A stretch of 64,000 nt of DNA from the IMG/VR virus record IMGVR_UViG_3300025405_000009, positions 32,001-96,000 of that record. One strand, written 5' to 3'. The notes beneath the pieces were generated by a model. It had not been told where the DNA came from. It saw nothing but the letters and a program-made list of their open reading frames with translations, and ran no database searches. Below are positions 10,334 to 20,503 of the stretch, in pieces; the stretch's first letter is position 1, and every line of letters starts with the position of its first letter. Position numbers and translations under genes: made by a program. Source of the stretch: a virus.

Positions 10334-11458
10334 TTATTTTAATTTTCCGCTATTTAAAGCATCAATTTGTGCTTGTGATCCAGCGCTCCATGTAACACCA
10401 AGCGGACCTGGTCTGGAAGCTAAAGGAGCGGGAGGTGAAACCATATTTGGTGTAACAGCTGTAGTACCTGGTGGTGGTGTAGGGTTATTAGGTGTATTGG
10501 GGGGTATTACGTTACCCTTAGCATCGTAATTGGTTTCTGTTGCATTGGAAAAAGTTGGTCCATTAGATGTAGCTGGGGCGTTATTTAAGAAAGAATTAGC
10601 ATTTTGTGTATTTGCAGGTTGCGCACTAGCAATTTGACTAGCTGCAGCTGAATCCAAGGCAGTTTGACTAGATGTAGGTGGTTCTTGAACTGGTTTATCA
10701 GTAACTGTATCTGAGGCAGTACCTGTTGGACTTTTACCAGATAAGTCATTCTTCTTAGCACCTGGTCCATTATTACAAGTTGTAAATTGCTTAACAGTAT
10801 TATTAATTAACTCATTTACATCAGGTATAATACTTGCTAATAACTTCTTAATATGCTCTGGGTCAAAGAATGCAGTAAGTTGATCATATAGCTTTTTAAT
10901 AGGCTCAAATAATTCATCAACAAGTACTTGAGCTTCATGTAGAATAAGCTGCTTAATTTGTTTTTCAGCTGCTGTAAAGTTTGCTTTCAATAATTTACCA
11001 ATATCAGGTACTGTTATATTAGGTATTTTTAAATTACAAATAACAGTCTTTATTTGTAAGGCAAGTTCAACAGCGCCGGTTATACTTGAAGGTATACTTG
11101 AACCACCAACACTAGATGCAAGGCTAAAGGCTTCAGCAAGAGGATTAGTATTTCCGTTAATTAATCCTGGACTACCTGCACCACTTCCGTTTCCGGCTAA
11201 TGATGGTAATCCGCCCTGTAAATTTAAACCACCGAAATTTGTTAATGCTCCTAAAGGATTATTTTCAAGATTGCTTAAAGCAGGTCCAACCCCTGGTATA
11301 GTATTAATAGTATTAAGTGCACCAGCAAGACTAGCATTACCACTTAAAAGAGAATTAACATTTGGTACACGACCGGCTAAATTTTGAATTACACCAGCAT
11401 TACCAGCATTAAAAATAGATTGAGACAAATTATGTTGATTTATAAATGTATTGTCCAT
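10334..11458 (-). CDS. Hypothetical virion protein, low-complexity termini
   Basis: 374 aa; own TAAATA 6 nt upstream (11465..11470); last gene of the hub-enzyme block; stop abuts the stop of the convergent ORF. Confidence 0.65.
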   Translation of the reverse strand: MDNTFINQHNLSQSIFNAGNAGVIQNLAGRVPNVNSLLSGNASLAGALNTINTIPGVGPALSNLENNPLGALTNFGGLNLQGGLPSLAGNGSGAGSPGLINGNTNPLAEAFSLASSVGGSSIPSSITGAVELALQIKTVICNLKIPNITVPDIGKLLKANFTAAEKQIKQLILHEAQVLVDELFEPIKKLYDQLTAFFDPEHIKKLLASIIPDVNELINNTVKQFTTCNNGPGAKKNDLSGKSPTGTASDTVTDKPVQEPPTSSQTALDSAAASQIASAQPANTQNANSFLNNAPATSNGPTFSNATETNYDAKGNVIPPNTPNNPTPPPGTTAVTPNMVSPPAPLASRPGPLGVTWSAGSQAQIDALNSGKLK

Positions 11459-11459
11459 T

Positions 11460-12485
11460 TTAATTATTTATTAGTAATCCAGTTGAACCATTATTTGTTG
11501 GCTGACATCCGTTTGAAAGCTTAAGTTGTTTTGCAACAGGATCCACATTATTGTTGGTATTAGTATTTGTTGTAGAAGCTTGTGTACGCTTAAACGCTAA
11601 AACACTATTTTGCTTAGCAGGATTATGAGAATTTGTAATAAGAGATTTAGTTAAAAGATCTGCATCAATATTAGTCCCTTCAACATGATAGGTTATTGAC
11701 ATAGGTGTAATAAGTTGTTTATTACTGTAAGGATTTTGTGCTTTATTTTGTAAAGCTTCTAAAGGAGCTACAGGAGCTGATGCTCCGGGTCCAAGACTAT
11801 TAAAAAATTGACTATTAAGTGTTACAGCTTGATCAGGTGTTAATGGTTGATTAGCTGCACCTGTAGAAAATACATTACCCTCTCCATTTGGACCTGCTAA
11901 TGAAGCAACACCATTAGTAATATTTGGTACACCACCAGGCGGAGGTGTGTAAGCAGCCTGAGATCCAGTTGGTAAACTACCGCACTGTTTTGCAATAGCA
12001 GCTTGACCAGTAGCTGTTGGTGTAATAATAGATACACCTTGAAGATCACCTCTATTTAAAAATTTATCCGGTGAATCATTTACATTATCACTAGCCCATT
12101 GAGGTTGACCCGTAGTTGGGTCATTACCCATAAAAGTCATTGCATGACCGTTGGCTCCATATTGAAATGTTACAACAGTTCCAGGCGGTACATTAGCAAG
12201 GTCTGCTGAAGTAACTCCACCTGCAGGATAATCTTGATTAGCATTATATAAAGGTTTACCATCATCTGTTGTAGCGTTTTGATACTTTGATCTAGATGCC
12301 CAAGCGTTAGCAGCAACAGTATCAAATAACGCAGGGTTATTTGTCATTGAGGCCGCTACTGCACTAGCACCTCTTGCACACATATGGTTATATGTATCAG
12401 CATACGCTACTGGGCGACCAGCGGTCTGAGAGATTGAATACGCATTATTTAGAATTGCTACAGATGATGGGCTTGTTGTACTCAT
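11460..12485 (-). CDS. Tail-associated CHAP/NlpC-P60-like cysteine amidase domain protein
   Basis: HMCARG (Cys), PGTVVTF..GANGHAMTFMG (His), QWASD; papain-like peptidoglycan amidase pattern. Confidence 0.55.
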   Translation of the reverse strand: MSTTSPSSVAILNNAYSISQTAGRPVAYADTYNHMCARGASAVAASMTNNPALFDTVAANAWASRSKYQNATTDDGKPLYNANQDYPAGGVTSADLANVPPGTVVTFQYGANGHAMTFMGNDPTTGQPQWASDNVNDSPDKFLNRGDLQGVSIITPTATGQAAIAKQCGSLPTGSQAAYTPPPGGVPNITNGVASLAGPNGEGNVFSTGAANQPLTPDQAVTLNSQFFNSLGPGASAPVAPLEALQNKAQNPYSNKQLITPMSITYHVEGTNIDADLLTKSLITNSHNPAKQNSVLAFKRTQASTTNTNTNNNVDPVAKQLKLSNGCQPTNNGSTGLLINN

Positions 12486-12488
12486 ATA

Positions 12489-14189
12489 TTATCCAACTTT
12501 GCTAGTTTTATAGTTTTGATACGCCTGTGCAACAGTTGCAGGATTACCAGTCGGTAGTCTTGTACCTACTGGCTTAAATGAAGTTTGTGTATCAGATGGA
12601 ACATCTACTGCATCACGACCTGCAGGTACACTTGCTCCTGGTGTATTAGCTAAAGCACCTGTACCCATCTCACCCCATCCATTTCTTGATGGTCCCATAT
12701 CACCAACCATAGCGGTATATGTACATGTACCTTGACTATTAGTAGTTGTCACTTCAATAAGATCTCCAGGCTTAGCACCTGAACCGAGAGGTGCAACAAT
12801 TAATGGAGGGGTAGTTGAATCCATTGGTAAACCTGATGAAGTTTGCCTTTGATATGAAGTATCTCCTGCAGGGGGATTTGCTGTACCATCATTATCTCTT
12901 CTTAAAGCACCACTTACTGTAATAGAACCATCAGGATTTACAGTTTGTGTTGAACCTCTAGCACCACCAATATTTGTACTACCAGCTCCACCCGGTTGAT
13001 AGGCTGCTGCGCTACCTCCAGCACCTGCACCACCATAACTAGCACCATAATTTACACCCTGTTGCTCACCATATGATTGAACAATAGCATCATCAGAAAT
13101 TGATTTAATCTCTGCTTCAGAGGCAAGAGCTCTTTCTGCTGAAGCAACAACAATAAAGTCCTTATCTTGCGGTGTAACTGGAAAGATATCTCTTAAGTTA
13201 ACACCAACTTTATTACCAATTGTACAGAGATATTGAATCCATAAAAATACTTTAGGTACTTTAAATACATTAGAAAGAGAGCCTACCAATTGTGGTACAG
13301 CGGCATTAAGTTGAGCGAATGTTGGTAAGTCATTAATAAGATTAAGACCATGAGCAACCGTAGCATCAGATGCCATATTAGAAGCTACAGCAGGTTGTGT
13401 ATAAGCAACATTAATTAAATTACGTCTCATTAACGCTGTACAATTTAAGCTTAAATTATAGGCAATATTTCTAGTATTATTACTAATTTTATTATCTGTA
13501 GATGCAGAATATGGAATTGGTACACCGTAATAGTTTTGTGTAACATCAAAAATTGGTAATGTTGAATCCAATTGTAAGTATTTTGAATTAGCAAGTGAAC
13601 CAATACTATCACTAAAGTTATCAAAATACGATTGATTGGGTAACCCTGCTTCAGCTAAAGTACCGCCACCTAATGCACTACCTATATTTAAACCTAACTT
13701 GCTAGCGTACATTGAAAGCTGAGACTTCAATCCCCCTAAAAAGCCATTAGTAATATCTTTAGAGACAGCAGGATTTAAATGTGGTAATATTTTTTCACCG
13801 AATGTTGATCCTTGATTATTAAGAGATATAATTTCTTTATTACTATAGAGAAATTTTTGAGCCCAATAGGCAATAGTATCAAATGAACATCCAGTATTAG
13901 CAAACGTAACTGTTTGTATATTATTATAAAGAGTATTTAAAGCAGTAACAACATCACCTTGTCTAAAAGAATCTCTGTACGCCATGGCTGTACGTACTTC
14001 AATATCAGTTACATTGACTTCACCCTGTGGTTGTAATACGGTTTGAAAATAATTTGTACCGGTAGATAATAATTCGTAAGTAGTAGCAATATTAACATCC
14101 GCTAAACCAGGTGCAATCGTAATAAAGTTTTGTGCTCCTTTATTAGATCCTTGTGGTATTTTTTGTGCTAATGTACTTAAATTTGCCAT
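12489..14189 (-). CDS. Tail/baseplate protein with C-terminal GH75 (chitosanase-like) domain
   Basis: C-terminal DNDG...D..YQ.QTS...P.IV.P...GD.IEV...YTAMVGDMGP....GE...LA, the GH75 double-psi-barrel motif order; joined to the rest by a Gly/Ala linker. Confidence 0.6.
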   Translation of the reverse strand: MANLSTLAQKIPQGSNKGAQNFITIAPGLADVNIATTYELLSTGTNYFQTVLQPQGEVNVTDIEVRTAMAYRDSFRQGDVVTALNTLYNNIQTVTFANTGCSFDTIAYWAQKFLYSNKEIISLNNQGSTFGEKILPHLNPAVSKDITNGFLGGLKSQLSMYASKLGLNIGSALGGGTLAEAGLPNQSYFDNFSDSIGSLANSKYLQLDSTLPIFDVTQNYYGVPIPYSASTDNKISNNTRNIAYNLSLNCTALMRRNLINVAYTQPAVASNMASDATVAHGLNLINDLPTFAQLNAAVPQLVGSLSNVFKVPKVFLWIQYLCTIGNKVGVNLRDIFPVTPQDKDFIVVASAERALASEAEIKSISDDAIVQSYGEQQGVNYGASYGGAGAGGSAAAYQPGGAGSTNIGGARGSTQTVNPDGSITVSGALRRDNDGTANPPAGDTSYQRQTSSGLPMDSTTPPLIVAPLGSGAKPGDLIEVTTTNSQGTCTYTAMVGDMGPSRNGWGEMGTGALANTPGASVPAGRDAVDVPSDTQTSFKPVGTRLPTGNPATVAQAYQNYKTSKVG

Positions 14190-14191
14190 TG

Positions 14192-15874
14192 TTATAAAAT
14201 AGTTGAAAGTGTACCGTCTTGATTAGTATTTAACTGTTTAAGATTATTATATGTTTTAATACAATGTAAATCATTATAATAAGTACCGCCTTCAAATACA
14301 TGAGCTACACTCACAATAAGATATATACCTAATAATTTATCATCAAATCGATTTTCTTGCATAGCACCATCTCGATCAATACCTATAAAATGTCCTGATT
14401 GTCTGTGAGTTGAGCCTTTAAGTCTAAACGAAATAATATTGTTTGTAAGTGTACTTGCAAAAAGAAATTTATTGCGCCCGTAAGCTAAACGAGTATTTGC
14501 ATCATTATCATCAACACTAAATTTATTATTAATATTAATATTTGTGTTACGTATAATACCAGGAGCAAAATTTGAATATGGTTTATTAGTATCACCACCA
14601 GCAAGCATATTATTTACGTAGTTTTTTGTATATGTTTGCATTGATTGTTCTAAGGAATTTCTAAATGCATCAATATTAAATTGCTTGCCGTTATATTCAT
14701 AACTATGTACAAAATTAGAAACAAGTTCCTTTTGTGAAATTATACCTGACATATTATCAAATGAATAAGTTTTAATTGTACCTATATTTGAAAAATACGG
14801 TCCGTTAGATGGAGTAAAGATACTATGAGCAAAATCTTGAGCGTTATCCTGATCTAAGTTACCTATTCTTAATGTTTCAAGATATAAATTTCCAGATTTT
14901 GTAGTTCCTGGTATAAGAGCTTGATCAAAATATTGCTTTAAGCTTTTTAAAGAAAAAGCTCGCGGAAATCTTTCAAGTTGAAGAAAACATTGATCATAAT
15001 TACTATTTGCGTTTGATACATGACGAGTCATGAGATACATTAAACTATCCCATGCCTTATAGGATGGTGGTGCTGAAAAGAAAATATTACTACCTCCTAG
15101 ATCCCAATTTACGTTAGTATAGTTTGCTGCATCTACACTTGTTATAGTTGCAGGTGTTATGGGATCTATGGATTTATATGTATAACTCTTACCATCATTA
15201 TATGAGATGACTACAGGATAATTATCAGACTTTGGAAACGTCTCACCCAATAATGCTTGAATAGCAAACCCTGTTGGTATTGCTCTTTCTGTATCATCTA
15301 AATTTGCTATAGATTTGTTATTAACATACTTTGATGTTGAAAAAGGAACATTTTTTTCTCTTAATAATTCATCATATAAATCTTTTAAATAAAATTTCTT
15401 ATACTTGCTATTAGGTTTTGTTCCTTGTACTTCTTCAGTATTAATAATAGCAAAATCAAACGCCATACGAAAAGCGCTTTGTACTTCTTCATTACCTAAG
15501 CTTTGTGGATTGTTTGGATCAAGAATAGGCATTATATCTACATGCAAAATATCTCGTGATTCACCTTTAAGAAGAAACGATACAGGTGGTTTTGTTTGAG
15601 TTGTGTTATAATAACTAGGACTACTAGGATCATTAGTAACTGTAGCAGCACGTTCCAAAAAGTCCATTGTATTGTCAACTATAATTACACCACTATGAAA
15701 CGGATTTTCTAAATTATCCTCAATAGTAAACGATTGAATTGCTGTAGGTTTAATATATTGTACTGCCTCACCATCTAAACTAATAAGAGATAATTGAAAA
15801 TAATAATTTGTTTGATTAATACTAAAAATAAACTTATCATCAACTGCAGCTGCTTGGGTAGTACTTGCACTCAT
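14192..15874 (-). CDS. Baseplate hub protein, gp27/VgrG-like
   Basis: N-terminal IQSFTIEDNLENPFHSGVIIVDN; C-terminal ISFRLKG...SGHFI...LLGIYLIVSVAHVF; follows gp53. Confidence 0.55.
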   Translation of the reverse strand: MSASTTQAAAVDDKFIFSINQTNYYFQLSLISLDGEAVQYIKPTAIQSFTIEDNLENPFHSGVIIVDNTMDFLERAATVTNDPSSPSYYNTTQTKPPVSFLLKGESRDILHVDIMPILDPNNPQSLGNEEVQSAFRMAFDFAIINTEEVQGTKPNSKYKKFYLKDLYDELLREKNVPFSTSKYVNNKSIANLDDTERAIPTGFAIQALLGETFPKSDNYPVVISYNDGKSYTYKSIDPITPATITSVDAANYTNVNWDLGGSNIFFSAPPSYKAWDSLMYLMTRHVSNANSNYDQCFLQLERFPRAFSLKSLKQYFDQALIPGTTKSGNLYLETLRIGNLDQDNAQDFAHSIFTPSNGPYFSNIGTIKTYSFDNMSGIISQKELVSNFVHSYEYNGKQFNIDAFRNSLEQSMQTYTKNYVNNMLAGGDTNKPYSNFAPGIIRNTNININNKFSVDDNDANTRLAYGRNKFLFASTLTNNIISFRLKGSTHRQSGHFIGIDRDGAMQENRFDDKLLGIYLIVSVAHVFEGGTYYNDLHCIKTYNNLKQLNTNQDGTLSTIL

Positions 15875-15877
15875 AAA

Positions 15878-16246
15878 TTATGTATTTAACGCATTTTTTA
15901 TTTCCTGCAAAATTGATGGTATAAATTCAGGCTTTATAATTTTTAAAACCATACCACTAGTTGCACCTTTAATAGGATTATAAATTTTATTAACAAGCAT
16001 TATTAACCACCATAATTCTATATTACCGTATGCATTAAAGCTTATTGTTGTCCAAGGCAAGTTTTCTTGTATATGCATAAAGAAAACTGTACTATCATCT
16101 ATATCATCAGGAAGATAAATTGACTGTAAAATATTATAATAGTATTGATTTTGATCGGTTGTATATAACTTAAAGATATTTTCGTATCGGTAAGAATTAA
16201 GCGGGGTAAGCTGTGATATTGAATTTTGATACGAGCCAGTATCCAT
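15878..16246 (-). CDS. gp53: Baseplate wedge subunit gp53-like (LysM-like)
   Basis: PWTTISFNAYGNIELWWLIMLVNKIYNP...G.VLKI. Confidence 0.75.
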   Translation of the reverse strand: MDTGSYQNSISQLTPLNSYRYENIFKLYTTDQNQYYYNILQSIYLPDDIDDSTVFFMHIQENLPWTTISFNAYGNIELWWLIMLVNKIYNPIKGATSGMVLKIIKPEFIPSILQEIKNALNT

Positions 16247-16283
16247 ATTGTAATTATTTACGCCTGTAATAGCGTATTAACAT

Positions 16284-17531
16284 CTACTGAGCACCAGGAC
16301 CGCGACTACCAAATCCAGAGCCTGGATTAATTATAGGTGATGTAACAGTAAGTCCGGCACGAGGGCTTGGAACATTACCAGTATCGGTACCTGTTTGAAT
16401 TATATTTTGTGAAGAAATCATATGAGACATAAAATTTCTTGTATTAGCATTCATACTCTGTAGTGTAATTGATATTTTATACGCATCCGGTATAATTGTT
16501 GTAATATTAGTTGTACCTTGAGAGTTACTAACGGAAGTTTGAGCACTATTAACCGAACTATTTAAAGAAGGTATAGCCATTGTCATTTCACGTCTTGAGC
16601 CTACAAATTCCACATTAAGATTACTAATATAACAGTATGGAAAGAATTTTGTTCCAGGTATAGATACTTCATATATAACAGGTTGATCGACAGTATTAAA
16701 ACCTGTCTTGCCTGGTCTATTTTGATACACAAGTAAGTAAATAAATTGCCAATTTCTTACAACATCATCATATGTTGCAGATCCGGTATTAATGAGAGGA
16801 AATTCTACTGTAACTGATTCACCATCTGTTGGGTAATCATAGAATTTTGTTTTTTCAATAAATGTGTATTCTGTTGGTGAACCGACTTGTGAAACATCTT
16901 CTGCAATACCTTCCAATACACCTAACCCTTCTTTAGCAAAACTACCTATAAGACCCTTACCCTGGCCACCGCCTTCACTAAAAGCATTATCCTGCTTAGT
17001 ATGGTTATTGTCAAAATATGGTAATGTATAAACCCATTTTGTGTTTTCGGTTATATACAAATTTCTATATGGTTGTAAGTATGGACTTGCTTTTGTAGTA
17101 GGGTTGTCATCACTACCTAATAAGGCTCCTGCAGCTCCCGGGCTATTAGCATACTGTTGAAGTAACTTTGATAAATTAGTAGCACCAGCATCTTGTACTA
17201 ATTTAGCACCACCATTTTCAAGGGCACCTAATGTATATTGTAATTGTGCAATAAGAGAGTTTGTCTTTAATCTCTTTTCTGTTAATCTAATTCTTGGTAC
17301 TTCAGCACGACCTGCATCACCAAGTGGTGAGTATGTCCAGTAAAAATCACGTACAACATTTATTTCTGTAAATTTAGAATTACCGTTTTTACCGGTCGGT
17401 GTTAAGACCGGCATAGGAGTTATAGCATTTTGAGAAGGAGTTACTCCAGATGGGTTATTACCTTGTGGGTTAGCAGTATTAGAAGTAGTGCTAGGTGAGG
17501 TAGGTGTAAAAGCCCAAAGAAAGTTTGGCAT
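16284..17531 (-). CDS. Probable baseplate tail-tube cap, gp48-like
   Basis: Tube-fold-like C-terminal half (VTVEFPLIN...P.IYEV.IPG..F..CYISNLNVEF.G); lies between tape measure and gp53; TAAATA 5 nt upstream. Confidence 0.4.
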   Translation of the reverse strand: MPNFLWAFTPTSPSTTSNTANPQGNNPSGVTPSQNAITPMPVLTPTGKNGNSKFTEINVVRDFYWTYSPLGDAGRAEVPRIRLTEKRLKTNSLIAQLQYTLGALENGGAKLVQDAGATNLSKLLQQYANSPGAAGALLGSDDNPTTKASPYLQPYRNLYITENTKWVYTLPYFDNNHTKQDNAFSEGGGQGKGLIGSFAKEGLGVLEGIAEDVSQVGSPTEYTFIEKTKFYDYPTDGESVTVEFPLINTGSATYDDVVRNWQFIYLLVYQNRPGKTGFNTVDQPVIYEVSIPGTKFFPYCYISNLNVEFVGSRREMTMAIPSLNSSVNSAQTSVSNSQGTTNITTIIPDAYKISITLQSMNANTRNFMSHMISSQNIIQTGTDTGNVPSPRAGLTVTSPIINPGSGFGSRGPGAQ

Positions 17532-17539
17532 ACTATTAT

Positions 17540-19681
17540 TTATCTATTAATTGAATCAAAACGTCTACTAGAGTTACTCGTTGCTGGAGTCAAGAATGCT
17601 GTAGGATTATTATTAACATTCATTACATTTACGTTATTAGAACTACTCTTCATTGCAGCCATACCTTCAGCCATTTGTTTATTAATTTTAACAAGACTGG
17701 CTATCATTTTATTTTGTTCTTGGATAGAACCATGTACATCACCTAAATTTGTATCATTTTCACTTGGTGCAGCTGCTGCAGATTGAGTGCTTGGTACTTC
17801 TGGTGTTACAGGTTGAATATTATTTGTGGGTGCTTCAGGTGTGCTTGGCTGTACATTACCTGCGGAGGTATTATCCGTAGGCGTTTCAGGAGTAGCTGCA
17901 TTAGCTGTAGTATTACCAGTTGATTTAGAAGGTGCAGGTGTTGAGGACGTAGAAGGTGCAGGTTGAGTATCATCTTTTGTATCACCATAACCACTGATAC
18001 CTAACATATCAGCAACTCTTGATCTTATACTAACTCCAAGAATAGACTCTGGAAGCATATTTAAAATTGCCTTTATTAATGCACCGCCAGTTGCTTTAAG
18101 TACACTGGAGAATGTTATAGGTTTACCTGAAGCAGATAAATCACTTATTGCTGTTTTTTCTTGATTGAAGAGTTCAACTAAAAATGATACACCAGGTATT
18201 AATGTGGCAATATCCATAAAAGCTTCTCCATATTTACCCTCACCAATATGAGTTCCCATATCTGTTAAATGTTGAATAAGAGGTATCTTCATAAAAGATT
18301 CCTTTACCCATTTCCAGGCATTACTCATCCAATCTTTATTAGCAGCACCTGCTTTCTCAGATCCACCTGTTTTAGAATCTCTATAAGCACTAAAGACATC
18401 AATTGCAATTGAAAGAGCCGTACCAACAACAGGAATAGCTGTGGCAGCTGCTGACGCAAGATCTAATAGTCCGCCAATAAAATCACCCTTAGCTATACGA
18501 GAGATAGCAAAACCAATACCTATAAGTGAACCAATAATTGGTATTTTTTTAATACCTTTTAATAAAAACCCACCTGCCATTCCAGCAAGTCTTCCTAATA
18601 TTCCCTTACCACCCGCCTTAGCTGCAGTCCCTGCAGCTGCTTTAGTAACACCACCAAAAATACCTTTAAATGAATTAAAAATTTTACCAAAAAGCTTTCC
18701 AGGTAATTCAAGAAGACTCTTACCTAATGATTTTGCCTTCATGCCTAATAATTTACCGACAGCTTCAACTTTTTTTGGATCAAAAAACATTTTAGCAAAA
18801 TTCTTAACTGTAGTTACAAATTTTACAGCACCTTTTTTAATTAAAGAAAGACCAACAGCTAGACCGCCACGTCCAAGAAGTTTTTTTAATCCTTTAAAGG
18901 GACCTGAATCCATTAAGCCGTTAAACAGTAATGCTACACTTCCAATAGCTGCACCTGCTCCAAGAAACATAGTACCTAATGCACCGAGAACGGGTCCAAG
19001 AAGCTTAGCAGCCATTGGAAATATTTCTTTAAGTAGACTATCCTTATCATCTTTTTTATTCTTCTTATCTTTTTTGTCTTTAACAGATCCAGTAATTATT
19101 TCAAGATACGGTTTCCATCTATCAAAAGCTTTTATATTCTCTGTTTCTAAAATATCCTCAAGTGTTACTTTTGTCTTTGGAGGTAGATCAATATTAACTT
19201 CTTCACGAGCAAACGGTGTTTTTGTTTCAATTTTTTTATTAACAGTTTCTTCTTTTTTTGGTTTAATTTTTTCAATAACACTGGTTATTAAACTTTGCTT
19301 AGGTTTTGGTTTATCTGCTTCTTCTACTTTACGGTCACTTTTAACAGGTGTTATTTTTTTAAAAACGCTGTCACTTAAGCTACTCTTTATGGTAGCTGCA
19401 ATATTAGAAATAGGGTTCTTTGATGTCTTTTTATCATCAGTATCTTTCTTATTTTCAGTTTCCTTATTACCCTTATTATCGGCTTTTCTTTTATCTTGAT
19501 TTGACTTACTCTCAGGACCAATTTGATCTACAAGACTATTGGTCTTAGGATTTGATTGAAGAGGAACTTCACCACTAATAATTCCTAAAATTCTATCAAG
19601 AATCTTTGTTTGATTCATTGATACGGCATCAAAATTACCAAATGCTGCCTTTAGATCTGCAATAGAGATAGTACCTTCCAT
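17540..19681 (-). CDS. Probable tape-measure / gp29-like hub protein
   Basis: Lys-rich N-terminus, Gly/Ala hydrophobic helical repeats (KKIPIIGSLIGIGFAISRI..GDFIGGLLD), Pro/Thr-rich tail; tail-module context; TAAATA 6 nt upstream. Confidence 0.55.
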   Translation of the reverse strand: MEGTISIADLKAAFGNFDAVSMNQTKILDRILGIISGEVPLQSNPKTNSLVDQIGPESKSNQDKRKADNKGNKETENKKDTDDKKTSKNPISNIAATIKSSLSDSVFKKITPVKSDRKVEEADKPKPKQSLITSVIEKIKPKKEETVNKKIETKTPFAREEVNIDLPPKTKVTLEDILETENIKAFDRWKPYLEIITGSVKDKKDKKNKKDDKDSLLKEIFPMAAKLLGPVLGALGTMFLGAGAAIGSVALLFNGLMDSGPFKGLKKLLGRGGLAVGLSLIKKGAVKFVTTVKNFAKMFFDPKKVEAVGKLLGMKAKSLGKSLLELPGKLFGKIFNSFKGIFGGVTKAAAGTAAKAGGKGILGRLAGMAGGFLLKGIKKIPIIGSLIGIGFAISRIAKGDFIGGLLDLASAAATAIPVVGTALSIAIDVFSAYRDSKTGGSEKAGAANKDWMSNAWKWVKESFMKIPLIQHLTDMGTHIGEGKYGEAFMDIATLIPGVSFLVELFNQEKTAISDLSASGKPITFSSVLKATGGALIKAILNMLPESILGVSIRSRVADMLGISGYGDTKDDTQPAPSTSSTPAPSKSTGNTTANAATPETPTDNTSAGNVQPSTPEAPTNNIQPVTPEVPSTQSAAAAPSENDTNLGDVHGSIQEQNKMIASLVKINKQMAEGMAAMKSSSNNVNVMNVNNNPTAFLTPATSNSSRRFDSINR

Positions 19682-19703
19682 TGAAGATATTTAATCTCTA
19701 ATG

Positions 19704-20465
19704 TTAAATCGCGAAAAAGCTACCGTCTATTTCAATATTTGAATCGCCGACTTTAGTATACTGATTCTCAAAATCGCGGTATTTCTTAATAAATTCAAGA
19801 ATTTGATTTGTAAGTGTTGTTGGAAATTTTTCAGCTATTGATAATTTACTATCAATCTTTAATGTCGTAAAATCAACTGTACTTGTTTCCCCTTCTGTTT
19901 TAAAAGTTACAGATCTAATATACTTTAGAACTTCATGAATAAAAAGTTCACTAACAACTGTTTTTACATCTTCTGTCTTTGCAGCTTTAAACTTCGTTAA
20001 TACAGCATTACTAATTTCTTTATCTACATTTAAACGAGGAACTTCAAGCTCAACTGTTAAATTTTGAAACTCTATACTACCGTTAATTACGGTCGGATCT
20101 ATAGCTACTTTTGGAATCAAAGCTACAACATCAGTAAGGTCATATACATCGTCACCTAAGGTATACTTTGTATCTAAGCTAGCTGTCCTTAATGCCAAGG
20201 CAATTGCAATACGATCAAAAATATACAATTGATTTACATTTAATGTTTCAAGAATATTTTCCTGAATGATATTATAAAAACTTGTAATAAACGTAAGTTT
20301 TGTAAGGGTTTCTTCAATAGAGGACTTTAAGAGTTCTTTTTGTTGACGGAGATTTAATGCTTTAAATTTAACTGTACGCTGTAAGGAAGGGACAAAAATA
20401 TCAATACCAGATTGTTTGTTAAGATCATCTAATTGCTTAAGAATATCAGGAACTGTATTAGTCAT
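19704..20465 (-). CDS. Baseplate hub assembly chaperone, gp26-like
   Basis: IFVPSLQRTVKFKALNLRQQKELL, LYIFDRIAIALALRTAS; C-terminal segment ending IDGSFF. Confidence 0.55.
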   Translation of the reverse strand: MTNTVPDILKQLDDLNKQSGIDIFVPSLQRTVKFKALNLRQQKELLKSSIEETLTKLTFITSFYNIIQENILETLNVNQLYIFDRIAIALALRTASLDTKYTLGDDVYDLTDVVALIPKVAIDPTVINGSIEFQNLTVELEVPRLNVDKEISNAVLTKFKAAKTEDVKTVVSELFIHEVLKYIRSVTFKTEGETSTVDFTTLKIDSKLSIAEKFPTTLTNQILEFIKKYRDFENQYTKVGDSNIEIDGSFFAI

Positions 20466-20503
20466 ATGCTATATAAATTTATGTAGAAATTCCTGTTATG
20501 CCA

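Noticed and set aside
18441-19499. 352-aa plus-strand ORF inside the tape-measure gene
   Set aside because: Antisense shadow of a Gly/Ala/Lys-biased coding strand; no promoter or recognisable motif. The other short overlapping ORFs in the track (e.g. 6217, 36264, 42500, 43586) are rejected for the same reason.
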